Positions 18,438 to 26,735 of a stretch of 32,000 bases of DNA are shown here, piece by piece. The first letter of the stretch is position 1. Every line of letters begins with the position of its first letter. Under the pieces are notes generated by a model that searched no databases, was not told where the DNA came from, and saw only the letters and a program-made list of their open reading frames with translations. The translations under genes were made by a program, and so were the position numbers. Where the stretch lies: assembly GCF_000025945.1 (NCBI RefSeq), contig NC_006138.1, positions 3,330,001-3,362,000 on the forward strand, given 5' to 3'. This DNA comes from Desulfotalea psychrophila LSv54 (GTDB lineage Bacteria; Desulfobacterota; Desulfobulbia; Desulfobulbales; Desulfocapsaceae).

Positions 18438-19505
18438 ATGGTAGGTGCAACAGCAAAAGACAAAGCAGGCAGCGTTGAGAATGCAATCAGCCAGATCCAG
18501 AAACAATTTGGTAAGGGCTCCATCATGCGCCTGGGTGAGCAGGCACTGGAGGCAATCCCTGTCATCTCCACGGGCGCTCTCAGCCTCGACATTGCCCTCG
18601 GGGTCGGCGGTCTGCCCAAGGGCAGAATGACAGAGATATATGGCCCCGAATCATCGGGGAAAACCACCCTGGCCCTCCATGTAGTTGCCGAGGCACAAAA
18701 ATTAGGTGGAATAGCCGCCTTCATCGATGCAGAGCATGCCCTTGATACCGCCTACGCAGAAAAACTCGGCGTAAATATTGACAATCTCCTGGTTTCTCAA
18801 CCGGATTTCGGTGAGCAGGCCCTGGAAATTGCAGAGATACTCATTAGATCAGGCGGGGTTGACATCATCGTCGTCGACTCCGTTGCCGCCCTTACTCCCA
18901 AGGCTGAAATAGACGGTAATGTTGGAGATGTCCACGTTGGCCTTCAGGCTCGCCTTATGTCGCAGGCCATGCGGAAATTTGCCGGGGTCCTCAACCGGAG
19001 CAACACCGTTTTAATTTTTATCAATCAAATCCGAATGAAAATCGGAGTGATGTTTGGTAGTCCTGAAACCACAACAGGCGGCAACGCCCTCAAATTTTAC
19101 TGTTCAGAGCGTCTTGATATTCGCCGGATAGGTGCCATTAAAGACGGACAGGAAATTACCGGTAACCGAACCAGGGTAAAGGTCGTCAAAAATAAAGTTG
19201 CCCCACCCTTTAAGATTGCTGAGTTTGACATTATCTACGGCGAAGGCATATCTAAAATTGGCGACATGTTTGACCTTGCCGTTGGCCTGGATATTATTGA
19301 CAAAAGCGGATCCTGGTATTCCTATAAAAATGAACGTATAGGTCAGGGACGAGAGAATTCAAAACAATTCCTTATGGACACACCTGCCATCTGTCATGAA
19401 ATAGAGGAGAAGGTTCGATCTGCCTACGGACTTCCGGACCGGGAAGAGACCAAAAGAGAGGAGACGGCACAGATACCTGACACAGAGAAAACAAAGGACG
19501 TATGA
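18438..19505 (+). CDS. recA: Recombinase RecA
   Basis: Contains Walker [10 protein letters not shown], then [18 protein letters not shown] and [23 protein letters not shown] lies upstream. Confidence 0.98.
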   Translation: MVGATAKDKAGSVENAISQIQKQFGKGSIMRLGEQALEAIPVISTGALSLDIALGVGGLPKGRMTEIYGPESSGKTTLALHVVAEAQKLGGIAAFIDAEHALDTAYAEKLGVNIDNLLVSQPDFGEQALEIAEILIRSGGVDIIVVDSVAALTPKAEIDGNVGDVHVGLQARLMSQAMRKFAGVLNRSNTVLIFINQIRMKIGVMFGSPETTTGGNALKFYCSERLDIRRIGAIKDGQEITGNRTRVKVVKNKVAPPFKIAEFDIIYGEGISKIGDMFDLAVGLDIIDKSGSWYSYKNERIGQGRENSKQFLMDTPAICHEIEEKVRSAYGLPDREETKREETAQIPDTEKTKDV

Positions 19506-19530
19506 TCCCGCAACATCCAGCATAAAAGCA

Positions 19531-19570
19531 GAGAACAGGCCAAAAGTAAAAGGCCTGTTCTCTACCTTTT
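19531..19570 (+). terminator. Terminator hairpin after recA
   Basis: GAGAACAGGCC (19531..19541) pairs perfectly with GGCCTGTTCTC (19552..19562), an 11-bp stem with a 10-nt loop. TACCTTTT follows. Confidence 0.6.
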
Positions 19571-19689
19571 CACCCTTCCCCCTATAATATACAAATATCC
19601 TCACTTTTTTATTAATTATACTGTATAGAAATGGAGAATATACCTAAGACCACTGGCGGGGTCACAGCGGACAAAACAGAACAAAATTC

Positions 19690-19718
19690 TTGACATATAG
19701 CATTTTCACGAATATACT
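19690..19718 (+). promoter_or_regulatory. Near-consensus sigma70-type promoter for the Lrp/AsnC gene (TTGACA - 17 nt - TATACT)
   Basis: TTGACA at 19690..19695, a 17-nt spacer, and TATACT at 19713..19718. An AGGAG RBS and the ATG at 19743 follow. Confidence 0.6.
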
Positions 19719-19742
19719 CTTCAAAAATTACAGGAGAAGCGA

Positions 19743-20195
19743 ATGATAGATCAAAAAAGTTTACGTATCCTAAAAATACTTCAAGAAAAAGCACGTATCC
19801 CCAACGCCGAGGTCTCTCGTCAAGTAGGACTTGCCCCCTCCGCTGTTCTTGAAAGAATCAGAAAGATGGAAAATCAGGGTATCATAGACGGTTACGAAGT
19901 ACGTCTGAACCCCGAACGTTTTAACAGAAAGCAGGTTGCCTTTATTGAAGTTACCCCAAAACCGGATGCCTATATTCCAGATCTGGGTGAAAAACTTGCG
20001 GCAATCGCAGATGTACTTGAAGTTCACTATGTGGCCAATGGTGACGGCTTCCTGCTCAAGGTACGTACAGCCGATACCCTCTCCCTTGGTAATCTCCTCC
20101 AACAGAAGATTAACACCATGAAAGAGGTTCAGAGCACCAAGACCACAACAGTCCTCTCCACTACCAAAGAAACCAGCAGAATAACTATAGAATAA
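19743..20195 (+). CDS. Lrp/AsnC family transcriptional regulator
   Basis: The 150-aa ORF has the HTH_AsnC pattern (LDQKSLRILKILQEKARIPNAEVSRQVGLAPSAVLERIRKME) and a C-terminal RAM/AsnC_trans_reg-like half. Confidence 0.9.
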   Translation: MIDQKSLRILKILQEKARIPNAEVSRQVGLAPSAVLERIRKMENQGIIDGYEVRLNPERFNRKQVAFIEVTPKPDAYIPDLGEKLAAIADVLEVHYVANGDGFLLKVRTADTLSLGNLLQQKINTMKEVQSTKTTTVLSTTKETSRITIE

Positions 20196-20203
20196 AGGGA
20201 AGC

Positions 20204-20225
20204 TTGAAAAATCCTAATTTTTCAA
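20204..20225. promoter_or_regulatory. AT-rich 8-bp inverted repeat between the lrp-like gene and the lysA-like gene
   Basis: TTGAAAAA (20204..20211) and TTTTTCAA (20218..20225) are perfect inverted repeats with a 6-nt spacer. This is either a weak hairpin or a regulator-binding site; I cannot distinguish them. Confidence 0.3.
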
Positions 20226-20261
20226 CTGCCCCTGAGCCCGTTAAAGAAGGAAAAAGAGAAA

Positions 20262-21521
20262 ATGCCTATTTCAACCGATTTCAAAGAGCGCGTTTACCCG
20301 CATCTTCGTCAGATTGCCGACCACTACCACACACCTTTTCATATCTATGATGAGGCAGGAATTAAACAAACTGGCACTCGGTTAAAACAGGCCTTTTCCG
20401 GAATTGATGGTTTTCGAGAATATTTTGCAGTAAAGGCCCTGCCCAATCCTGCTATCATGAAAATCATGCAGGAAATGGGTTTTGGCTTTGACTGTAGCTC
20501 AGTTGCTGAACTGATATTAAGCCGAAAGCTTGGTGCGAAAGGGGATGAGATCATGTTCACCTCAAACAACACCAGTCCGGAGGAGTTTATTGCAGCCGCA
20601 GAAGATGGTGGCTGCATTCTCAACCTTGACGACATCAGCCTTATCGCCAAGGTGCCGAAGATGCCGGAGACAATTTGCTTTCGCTACAACCCCGGAGAAC
20701 GCAGAACCGGCAATGACATTATCGGCACTCCCGTGGAGGCCAAATACGGCGTAAGTCACGAGCAAATTATCGAGGCCTATCGCCTGGCAAAGAAGGCAGG
20801 CGCAAAGAGATTTGGGCTGCACACCATGCTCGCCTCCAACGAGTTGAACTACAGCTACATGGTGCAAACAGCTCAGATGCTATTGGCTCTTGTTGAAAAA
20901 ATTTCAGCGGAACTCGACATAAAATTTGATTTTATCAATATCGGTGGCGGCCTTGGTATCCCCTATCAGCCAGAACAGAATGAGCTTGACCTTGAAAGCA
21001 TGGCAAGAGAAATCACTGCCATCTTTGACCTATTCAAAGAAAAAAACGATTACTGCCCAGCTCTCTATATGGAAAGCGGTCGTTTTATAACAGGTCCCCA
21101 CGGTATTCTTGTTACCTCTGTAATTAACAAAAAAGAAATTTACCGGGATTATGTGGGCGTTGACGCCTGCATGAACGCCCTGATGCGCCCCGCCCTCTAC
21201 GGCTCATACCATCATATAGAGGTACTTGGCAAAGAGACAGGAGCCACGACAAAGAAGGTGGATGTTGCCGGTTCTCTCTGCGAAAACAACGACAAATTTG
21301 CCATTCAGCGAGATCTGCCTATCTGTGAAAACGGTGACCTGCTTATCATTCAGGATACAGGTGCCCACGGACATGCCATGGGTTTCAACTATAATGGCAA
21401 AATGCGTCCCCAGGAACTCCTCTTTGACAGCGAGGGCAACACAGCCCTTATTCGTCGCGAAGAACGCCTCAGTGATTATTTTGCCACCCTTGAATTTGCA
21501 GAAGACAAATTAACTCTGTAA
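20262..21521 (+). CDS. lysA: PLP-dependent Orn/DAP/Arg decarboxylase family 2 protein, diaminopimelate decarboxylase-like
   Basis: The 419-aa ORF contains YFAVKALPN with the PLP lysine, GFGFDCSS, INIGGGLGIPY, ESGRF and a C-terminal GAHGHAMGFNYNG. The substrate assignment is by family resemblance only. Confidence 0.75.
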   Translation: MPISTDFKERVYPHLRQIADHYHTPFHIYDEAGIKQTGTRLKQAFSGIDGFREYFAVKALPNPAIMKIMQEMGFGFDCSSVAELILSRKLGAKGDEIMFTSNNTSPEEFIAAAEDGGCILNLDDISLIAKVPKMPETICFRYNPGERRTGNDIIGTPVEAKYGVSHEQIIEAYRLAKKAGAKRFGLHTMLASNELNYSYMVQTAQMLLALVEKISAELDIKFDFINIGGGLGIPYQPEQNELDLESMAREITAIFDLFKEKNDYCPALYMESGRFITGPHGILVTSVINKKEIYRDYVGVDACMNALMRPALYGSYHHIEVLGKETGATTKKVDVAGSLCENNDKFAIQRDLPICENGDLLIIQDTGAHGHAMGFNYNGKMRPQELLFDSEGNTALIRREERLSDYFATLEFAEDKLTL

Positions 21522-21545
21522 GTCCCTGCCCCTGCTAAAAGCAGC

Positions 21546-21584
21546 AAAAAGGTCATCTTCTGAAAAAGGAGATGACCTTTTTTT
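21546..21584 (+). terminator. Strong rho-independent terminator after the lysA-like gene
   Basis: GGTCATCT (21551..21558) pairs with AGATGACC (21570..21577), followed by TTTTTTT at 21578..21584. An A run precedes the stem, so it could be bidirectional. Confidence 0.85.
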
Positions 21585-21661
21585 ATTCCCTCTATACAGT
21601 GGCGACTCATTATAATAAGAGTCCAAGCTCAAACAAACTTTACCTTCACCCGAGATAGAAA

Positions 21662-22174
21662 ATGAAAAAAATTGCAGACCACTGCATACTGGTCCAAGCC
21701 GAATCCTACAGCTCTGCCTGCCATCAGGTACGTTATTATTTTAAAAAAACCAGCCTTGTCCTCTACGATTACCTGAAAATCTCCAAGGAAAGATCCATGT
21801 CCGCCGCCAGCGAAGGCTTTGAGCAAGAACTCAATGGGCGCCTCAAGGATAACAGGCAAAGCATCCTGAAGCTGATAAAAGAACTGGAAACAGGCGGGCT
21901 AACAAAGACGAGCGAACTGGAGAACCTTAGGCAAGGGCATCTGAGCAAAACACTCCACCTCCTCACCCATTTTCTCGATGGTTTTATCAGTGTTGATTCA
22001 GCATTTTACAGTCTTGTTGATGACTGCCATAATATCACATATCAAACGCAGGAAAGAATGAAGAAGACACCTGAGCACTACTGGATCGTCTCTATCTCCG
22101 GTTACGCTGAAAGCTTGGAGACGGGTTCACTCCTCTCCCTCCAGGGCAGAAACTGGTCAGATCCCTCCTGCTAA
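21662..22174 (+). CDS. Hypothetical protein, 170 aa, no family recognised
   Basis: The ORF lies between a strong terminator and a structured spacer. A perfect TATAAT sits about 40 nt upstream, at about 21617..21622. There is no convincing RBS. I do not recognise any motif. Confidence 0.5.
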   Translation: MKKIADHCILVQAESYSSACHQVRYYFKKTSLVLYDYLKISKERSMSAASEGFEQELNGRLKDNRQSILKLIKELETGGLTKTSELENLRQGHLSKTLHLLTHFLDGFISVDSAFYSLVDDCHNITYQTQERMKKTPEHYWIVSISGYAESLETGSLLSLQGRNWSDPSC

Positions 22175-22365
22175 GGGTCTGTTACAAAAGAAGATGGCCA
22201 AAATTTCGCTCAGGCTTGGGTCAGATTTGGCCGCGCCGATTGAGCAAAACCGCAGACGTAGCAAGGCTACATCGAGGATTTTGCGATGGAGAAGCGGTCG
22301 GAGATGCCCCGGAGCTGAGATGCAAGATGTTCATGTTTTCTGACAGGCCCTAAGGCCTCTGAAAA

Positions 22366-23574
22366 TCATTTTTCAGGAGCACCTTCAAGAGGAGGCTGCA
22401 AACCAAGGGGCCAACTCTTGATATAGACATCCTGTTTAGCATAGGGAATTTCAATACCAAGGGCATTAAATGTCTTGTAAACATCGGTATTGAGGGAATC
22501 GAGCACCCTGCCCCGTAATTCCGGGTCATCCACCCAGCAGAGCAGTTCCAGATCAAGACTAGAGGCACCAAAGGCACGAAAACGCACCCGGGGTGCCGGA
22601 TCAGCAGGCACTCCTGGCTCGGCGGTGGCAATATCAAGAAGTACCTGCTTCACCTGATCAATATCACAACCATAGGCCACGCCTATCTTTACCTTAACTC
22701 GCAACTTGCCAGAGGGACCTCCAGACTGATTGGTCACCGCACTATTGCCGATAACAGCGTTAGGAATAATCACCTCAACATCATCACGGGTAAGAATGCG
22801 GGTACTGCGAAGACCGATTTGCAGGACCTTGCCCCGCCCTCCTCCATCCAAAACGATATAATCCCCCACCCTGTAGGGGGTGTCGGCAAGAATAAAGACA
22901 CCTGAAAAGAGATTAGAGAGGGTATCCTTTGCCGCAAAGCCAATGGCAATACCGGCAATACCAGCCGAGGCAATCCAGGCGGTGAGATCAATATGCCAAA
23001 TAACAAAGAAACAGTAGGCCGCGCCACCAAAAACAACTACCTTGGCACCGTTATCAAAGAGGGTAAGGGTACGGCCCTGAACAAGGGAGTGGTTCCCCGC
23101 CACATACACCATTCGCTTGAGAAGAATGGGCACCAAACGGACAATAAAGTAGATCCAGACAATAAGCCCCAGGGTACGAAGACTTCTGCCACTGAGCTCA
23201 AGAAACCTGTCCCCATGCGGCATAAAATTCAAACCGGCCAGTATACCGCTCATAAGCAGTGAATAGTAAACGGGAGGCCGTATTAAAGAGGATATTTGCT
23301 CATAGAAACTGTCCTGGCTCCGAGCCAGGACCTTTTTTATCAGCGAAAAAACAAGCCCGGTGACAGAAGAGGCCAAGACAAAGGTCAAAAGAATAACAGT
23401 TGCCCCCTGCAACCAACCATTGCCTGCAAAGAGATCTAGCACAGGCTTAAACAGGGTGAGCATTTGTCGATCATAGGAGGCAATAAGCCCCTCTCCCTCT
23501 GCCGCCCAGGAGAGTTGCGGCAGAAAAAGAAATAGGGCAGTACAAAAAAGGGAACACCTCTTATAACGAACCAT
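22366..23574 (-). CDS. Mechanosensitive ion channel family protein (MscS-like) with an N-terminal signal peptide
   Basis: The 402-aa ORF has a signal-like N-terminus (LFLFLPQLSWAAEG) and several TM segments. The MscS core is TLSNLFSGVFILADTPYRVGDYIVLDG..GKVLQIGLRSTRILT.DD. A GGGAGG RBS lies upstream. Confidence 0.88.
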   Translation of the reverse strand: MVRYKRCSLFCTALFLFLPQLSWAAEGEGLIASYDRQMLTLFKPVLDLFAGNGWLQGATVILLTFVLASSVTGLVFSLIKKVLARSQDSFYEQISSLIRPPVYYSLLMSGILAGLNFMPHGDRFLELSGRSLRTLGLIVWIYFIVRLVPILLKRMVYVAGNHSLVQGRTLTLFDNGAKVVVFGGAAYCFFVIWHIDLTAWIASAGIAGIAIGFAAKDTLSNLFSGVFILADTPYRVGDYIVLDGGGRGKVLQIGLRSTRILTRDDVEVIIPNAVIGNSAVTNQSGGPSGKLRVKVKIGVAYGCDIDQVKQVLLDIATAEPGVPADPAPRVRFRAFGASSLDLELLCWVDDPELRGRVLDSLNTDVYKTFNALGIEIPYAKQDVYIKSWPLGLQPPLEGAPEK

Positions 23575-23628
23575 TGGACACCTCCCATTTAAGGGGAAAC
23601 CTAAAAGATGCCCTCAAGCTCTCCCCTG

Positions 23629-24591
23629 TTAATAGCCAATATTATGCTCAAACTCCCTGAGACGCTTATGGATAGAACGCAACTCTGTGATGGTAGTCCA
23701 ATTGGCAATAAAGATAGAAAACGACTCTCGCACCTTACTAAAGGCATTGGAAACCTGCACCAAAACCCCCAGAGTAATCAGACCGGTAAAAAGGCCGGTT
23801 GCCATAATAAGATAGGGGGTAATAATCATTAATTGCTCGAAAAAGTTCACCCAAATATCAAAATATCCATAGTGAAGGAAGAGACGATTATAGTTGAATT
23901 TGAGGCCCACAAAGAGCTCGACCAAGGTACATGTCTTGCCATAGTTTACCTTATCATCTTCGGCATAAACCAGCTCTTTTCTGAAGGCAGCCTCAATTTT
24001 TTGATTATTATACTCGAGCCCCGGCAATTTAATTCCAACAAACCAAGAAATAACAAGCCCACCGAGAGAGACGACCAGAGCCACCCAAACAAGGCTGCCG
24101 GGAATATCTCTAAGATAGGGCAGGTCAACGCCTGAACTCAATCCCCAGAGGATGGGCAAAAAGGCAAAGAGGGTCATAATGGCGCGTGTTACCTGCAGGC
24201 CAAGACTCTCAAAGATCCGGGCGAATCGATAGATATCCTCCTGAATACGCTGACTTGATCCCTCAACCTCCTCTTCCACAGTCTGCCACTTACTGATATA
24301 GGAGAAGGTCATGGCCTCTCGCCATTTAAAGGAGTATATCCGGGTAAAATAAGAGGTCAGTGTGGCAATAAGCACATAAGGAAAGGCAATAAAGGAAAAA
24401 TGTTTCATTGATGCCCAAAACTCATCGACGGTATGCTCCTCTGCCTTTTGCAACAGATCATAAAAGGCACCGTACCACTGGTTTATTTTGACAGTTAATT
24501 CCACCTGAACAAAAAGGGCAAGCAGGAGGAAAATCGCCCCGCCGTAGGCCCACAAGGCCCACTTTTTGTCCATAAAAAAAGACTTAAACAT
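23629..24591 (-). CDS. SbmA/BacA-like family inner-membrane transporter
   Basis: The 320-aa ORF appears collinear with E. coli SbmA as I recall it: MFKSFF..., NQWYGAFYDLLQ, SQRIQEDIYRFA, IKLPGLEYNNQKIEAAFRKELVYAEDD, and NWTTITELRSIHKRLREFE. It is shorter at the N-terminus than E. coli SbmA. A GGAGA RBS lies upstream. Confidence 0.82.
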   Translation of the reverse strand: MFKSFFMDKKWALWAYGGAIFLLLALFVQVELTVKINQWYGAFYDLLQKAEEHTVDEFWASMKHFSFIAFPYVLIATLTSYFTRIYSFKWREAMTFSYISKWQTVEEEVEGSSQRIQEDIYRFARIFESLGLQVTRAIMTLFAFLPILWGLSSGVDLPYLRDIPGSLVWVALVVSLGGLVISWFVGIKLPGLEYNNQKIEAAFRKELVYAEDDKVNYGKTCTLVELFVGLKFNYNRLFLHYGYFDIWVNFFEQLMIITPYLIMATGLFTGLITLGVLVQVSNAFSKVRESFSIFIANWTTITELRSIHKRLREFEHNIGY

Positions 24592-24640
24592 CTAGATCTC
24601 CATATAACTTTTATCTTGGGACCAGGAAGGCAAGAGCCCT

Positions 24641-24928
24641 TTAGTCCCGGGACTGATCATCTATTAAGCCTGATTCGAGTAGTTTTACCGCCACCGCATT
24701 ACCATCCTTAAGCACCTTCGAGCCACGGGTGATTTTACACAGGCTCATGCCATGCTTAGCAGCAATCGCTCGCTGAGATTCTCCTGCCCGCAAACCACGG
24801 AGAATTTGCCAACGCATACAGAGATCATTTATCTCCTTTGGCGTCAGCATCTCGTCAAAAAAGAGCTCCATCTCTTCTGGATCTGTAATTAAAGAAAATG
24901 CTGCAGCAATTTGCCTCTTATAATCCAT
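24641..24928 (-). CDS. Trp repressor family (TrpR / YerC-YecD-like) small DNA-binding protein
   Basis: Track ORF 24641..24991; I prefer the ATG at 24928, giving 95 aa. MLTPKEINDLCMRWQILRGLRAGESQRAIAAKHGMSLCKITRGSKVL parallels E. coli TrpR [48 protein letters not shown]. Confidence 0.8.
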   Translation of the reverse strand: MDYKRQIAAAFSLITDPEEMELFFDEMLTPKEINDLCMRWQILRGLRAGESQRAIAAKHGMSLCKITRGSKVLKDGNAVAVKLLESGLIDDQSRD

Positions 24929-25027
24929 TATTCCCCACCATAGGCTGAATCGACCAGCCCGATATTTTGTTTCTCTACCTACGACATCCAAGTGTCACCA
25001 CAGATGCACTTTATAGACAGGCAATTT

Positions 25028-26110
25028 CTAAAGATTCCAGGCCCGAAAAGAGTCACCCTCCGGGGCTTCGCCCATTATCTTAAAACTTGTCTCCCCCCTC
25101 TTACAGGTCACCATTTCCGGTGGAAAGCCACCATCGATCTTGCGCCCATAACGAACGACAAGAGAGGCGGCAAGGGCAAAGAGCTCCCCTTCCTGCTCAG
25201 CAGACAATGCCCCCAGGGCTCTACGCAACAGTATATTTGGCCCCGAACGATCTTCCATATAAAAGAGGACATCTCCCTCCTCTGCAAGCCCTTCCAGGCG
25301 AAGATTCTCCTCTTCATTTCGGCCGACAATAAGCCAAAATCCAGAATCCCCCTCTCCTCCTGCAGACCAGGTGAAAAAGCCCTGTGGGACAAGTAGCTGC
25401 CGACCGACAAGCATCAGCTCAATGTCAGTCACCCCCACATCATCTATACCAAAGTTGAACTCACCGGCATAAAGACGTTTAATCCTCTTGGAAAGGATAG
25501 GATCGGCAAGAATACAGCCTCCTGCCGGGGCGGGATAATCACTGATGCCATACTCCTTGGCCAAAGCCATCTGCGGAGCCCGACCTCGACCACCAAAGGC
25601 CAGCAATTTTTCCCGATCAACCCAACCCTTCTGTTCAGCCTCGGTTTCCGGCATGAGCTTGGCACTAAGAGGACGGAGAAGGACCGTTTTATTATCAGAA
25701 TCCCGCGAAATCACATTGAGGGCATCCCGGCGCTGCGACATGGGGCGTTGCCCAACCACCTCTCCTGTCACCAGAAAAGAGGCACCAAGCTCTACCATCA
25801 GCTCCTTGGCTCTTTTCAGCATAAAAATTTTACAATCTATACAGGGATTAAAATTTTTGCCAAAGCCATAAACCGGTTTACGCAACAGCTCCATATATCC
25901 CGGACTGATGTTTTCCACCAGAACATTGATACCGTACTTTCTCTTTACCTCAGCCTGATAGGCCTCTACATCCTGCAAAATCTCATAGCTAAAAAATGGT
26001 GTTACAAACTGTACAGCTATAAGCTCAATGCCCTGCTCCATAATCAACCTGGCGGCAAGAATCGAATCCAGACCACCAGAAAACAATGATAATGCCTTTA
26101 TACTCTTCAT
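25028..26110 (-). CDS. PP-loop (adenine nucleotide alpha-hydrolase) ATPase, ThiI/MnmA/TtuA-like sulfurtransferase candidate, with an unrecognised C-terminal domain of about 130 aa
   Basis: The N-terminus has SLFSGGLDSILAA (the SGGxDS PP-loop), followed by NPCIDCKIF (CxxC). There is no THUMP or rhodanese domain. I do not recognise the C-terminal third (LVPQGFFTWSAGGEGDSGFWLIVGRNEEEN...). Confidence 0.72.
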   Translation of the reverse strand: MKSIKALSLFSGGLDSILAARLIMEQGIELIAVQFVTPFFSYEILQDVEAYQAEVKRKYGINVLVENISPGYMELLRKPVYGFGKNFNPCIDCKIFMLKRAKELMVELGASFLVTGEVVGQRPMSQRRDALNVISRDSDNKTVLLRPLSAKLMPETEAEQKGWVDREKLLAFGGRGRAPQMALAKEYGISDYPAPAGGCILADPILSKRIKRLYAGEFNFGIDDVGVTDIELMLVGRQLLVPQGFFTWSAGGEGDSGFWLIVGRNEEENLRLEGLAEEGDVLFYMEDRSGPNILLRRALGALSAEQEGELFALAASLVVRYGRKIDGGFPPEMVTCKRGETSFKIMGEAPEGDSFRAWNL

Positions 26111-26544
26111 ACACTTCCTCTTCCTGCGACAGTAGCCGATAACCGAGTGCCCGGTGCCGTCGTATAAGTTCTACCCCATCGGGCTGTAATTTTTTCTACC
26201 TCTAAGAACGTACGCTCAATATCCTTATTATAATGCCAGTTGCCAAGTAGCACGGGGAGCAGATAAAGATCAGTGAGCCCCTACCCTCCCCTCATACAAG
26301 CTGAAGCCACGACTGAATGAACTTCAGCGAAGATGACAGTATCCACCATCTCCTTTTTAGCAAGGAGGACTTTAAAGGAGCGGCGACAAACAAGACCACC
26401 GGCCACGACACCCCAAAGCCAAGTCAAAACAGTAAGAGTCCTCCCCTCTGAACAAAATTAATTTGGCCAAATCAATAGGAGTAAGACATCTAGGCTCGCA
26501 GGCTCGTAGTTCGCGTAGCATAAATTTGTTTACGCTCTCTTATC

Positions 26545-26588
26545 TTCTTAGCTAACAACTTGACTCAAGACCAAAAGGAAAGTAAGTT
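26545..26588 (+). promoter_or_regulatory. Candidate operator (imperfect palindrome TTCTTAGCTAACAA) abutting a candidate promoter (TTGACT - 17 nt - TAAGTT) upstream of the DtxR-like gene
   Basis: TTCTTAG/CTAACAA at 26545..26558 has 6 of 7 symmetric positions and the core TTAGCTAA, reminiscent of the centre of DtxR/IdeR boxes. TTGACT is at 26560..26565 and TAAGTT at 26583..26588. This is about 150 nt upstream of the preferred start, so it is weak. Confidence 0.25.
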
Positions 26589-26735
26589 AAACCATAGTCA
26601 TAGACTCTATCATTCCTCTAGAAAAAGAGGTTAAGCATACGAATCCACACTACTTATATGCTATCTCCCTGTGCCAATAAGCCACAGTCCGGAGCCTCAT
26701 ATCGGTCAAACCAAAGCCATTTTACTATACTTGAC

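Noticed and set aside
26111-26300. A TPP (THI-box) riboswitch in front of the ThiI-like PP-loop gene. AATGCCAG and GATCAG strings caught my eye.
   Set aside because: The strings are on the wrong strand and in the wrong order relative to the gene, and the CTGAGA element is absent.
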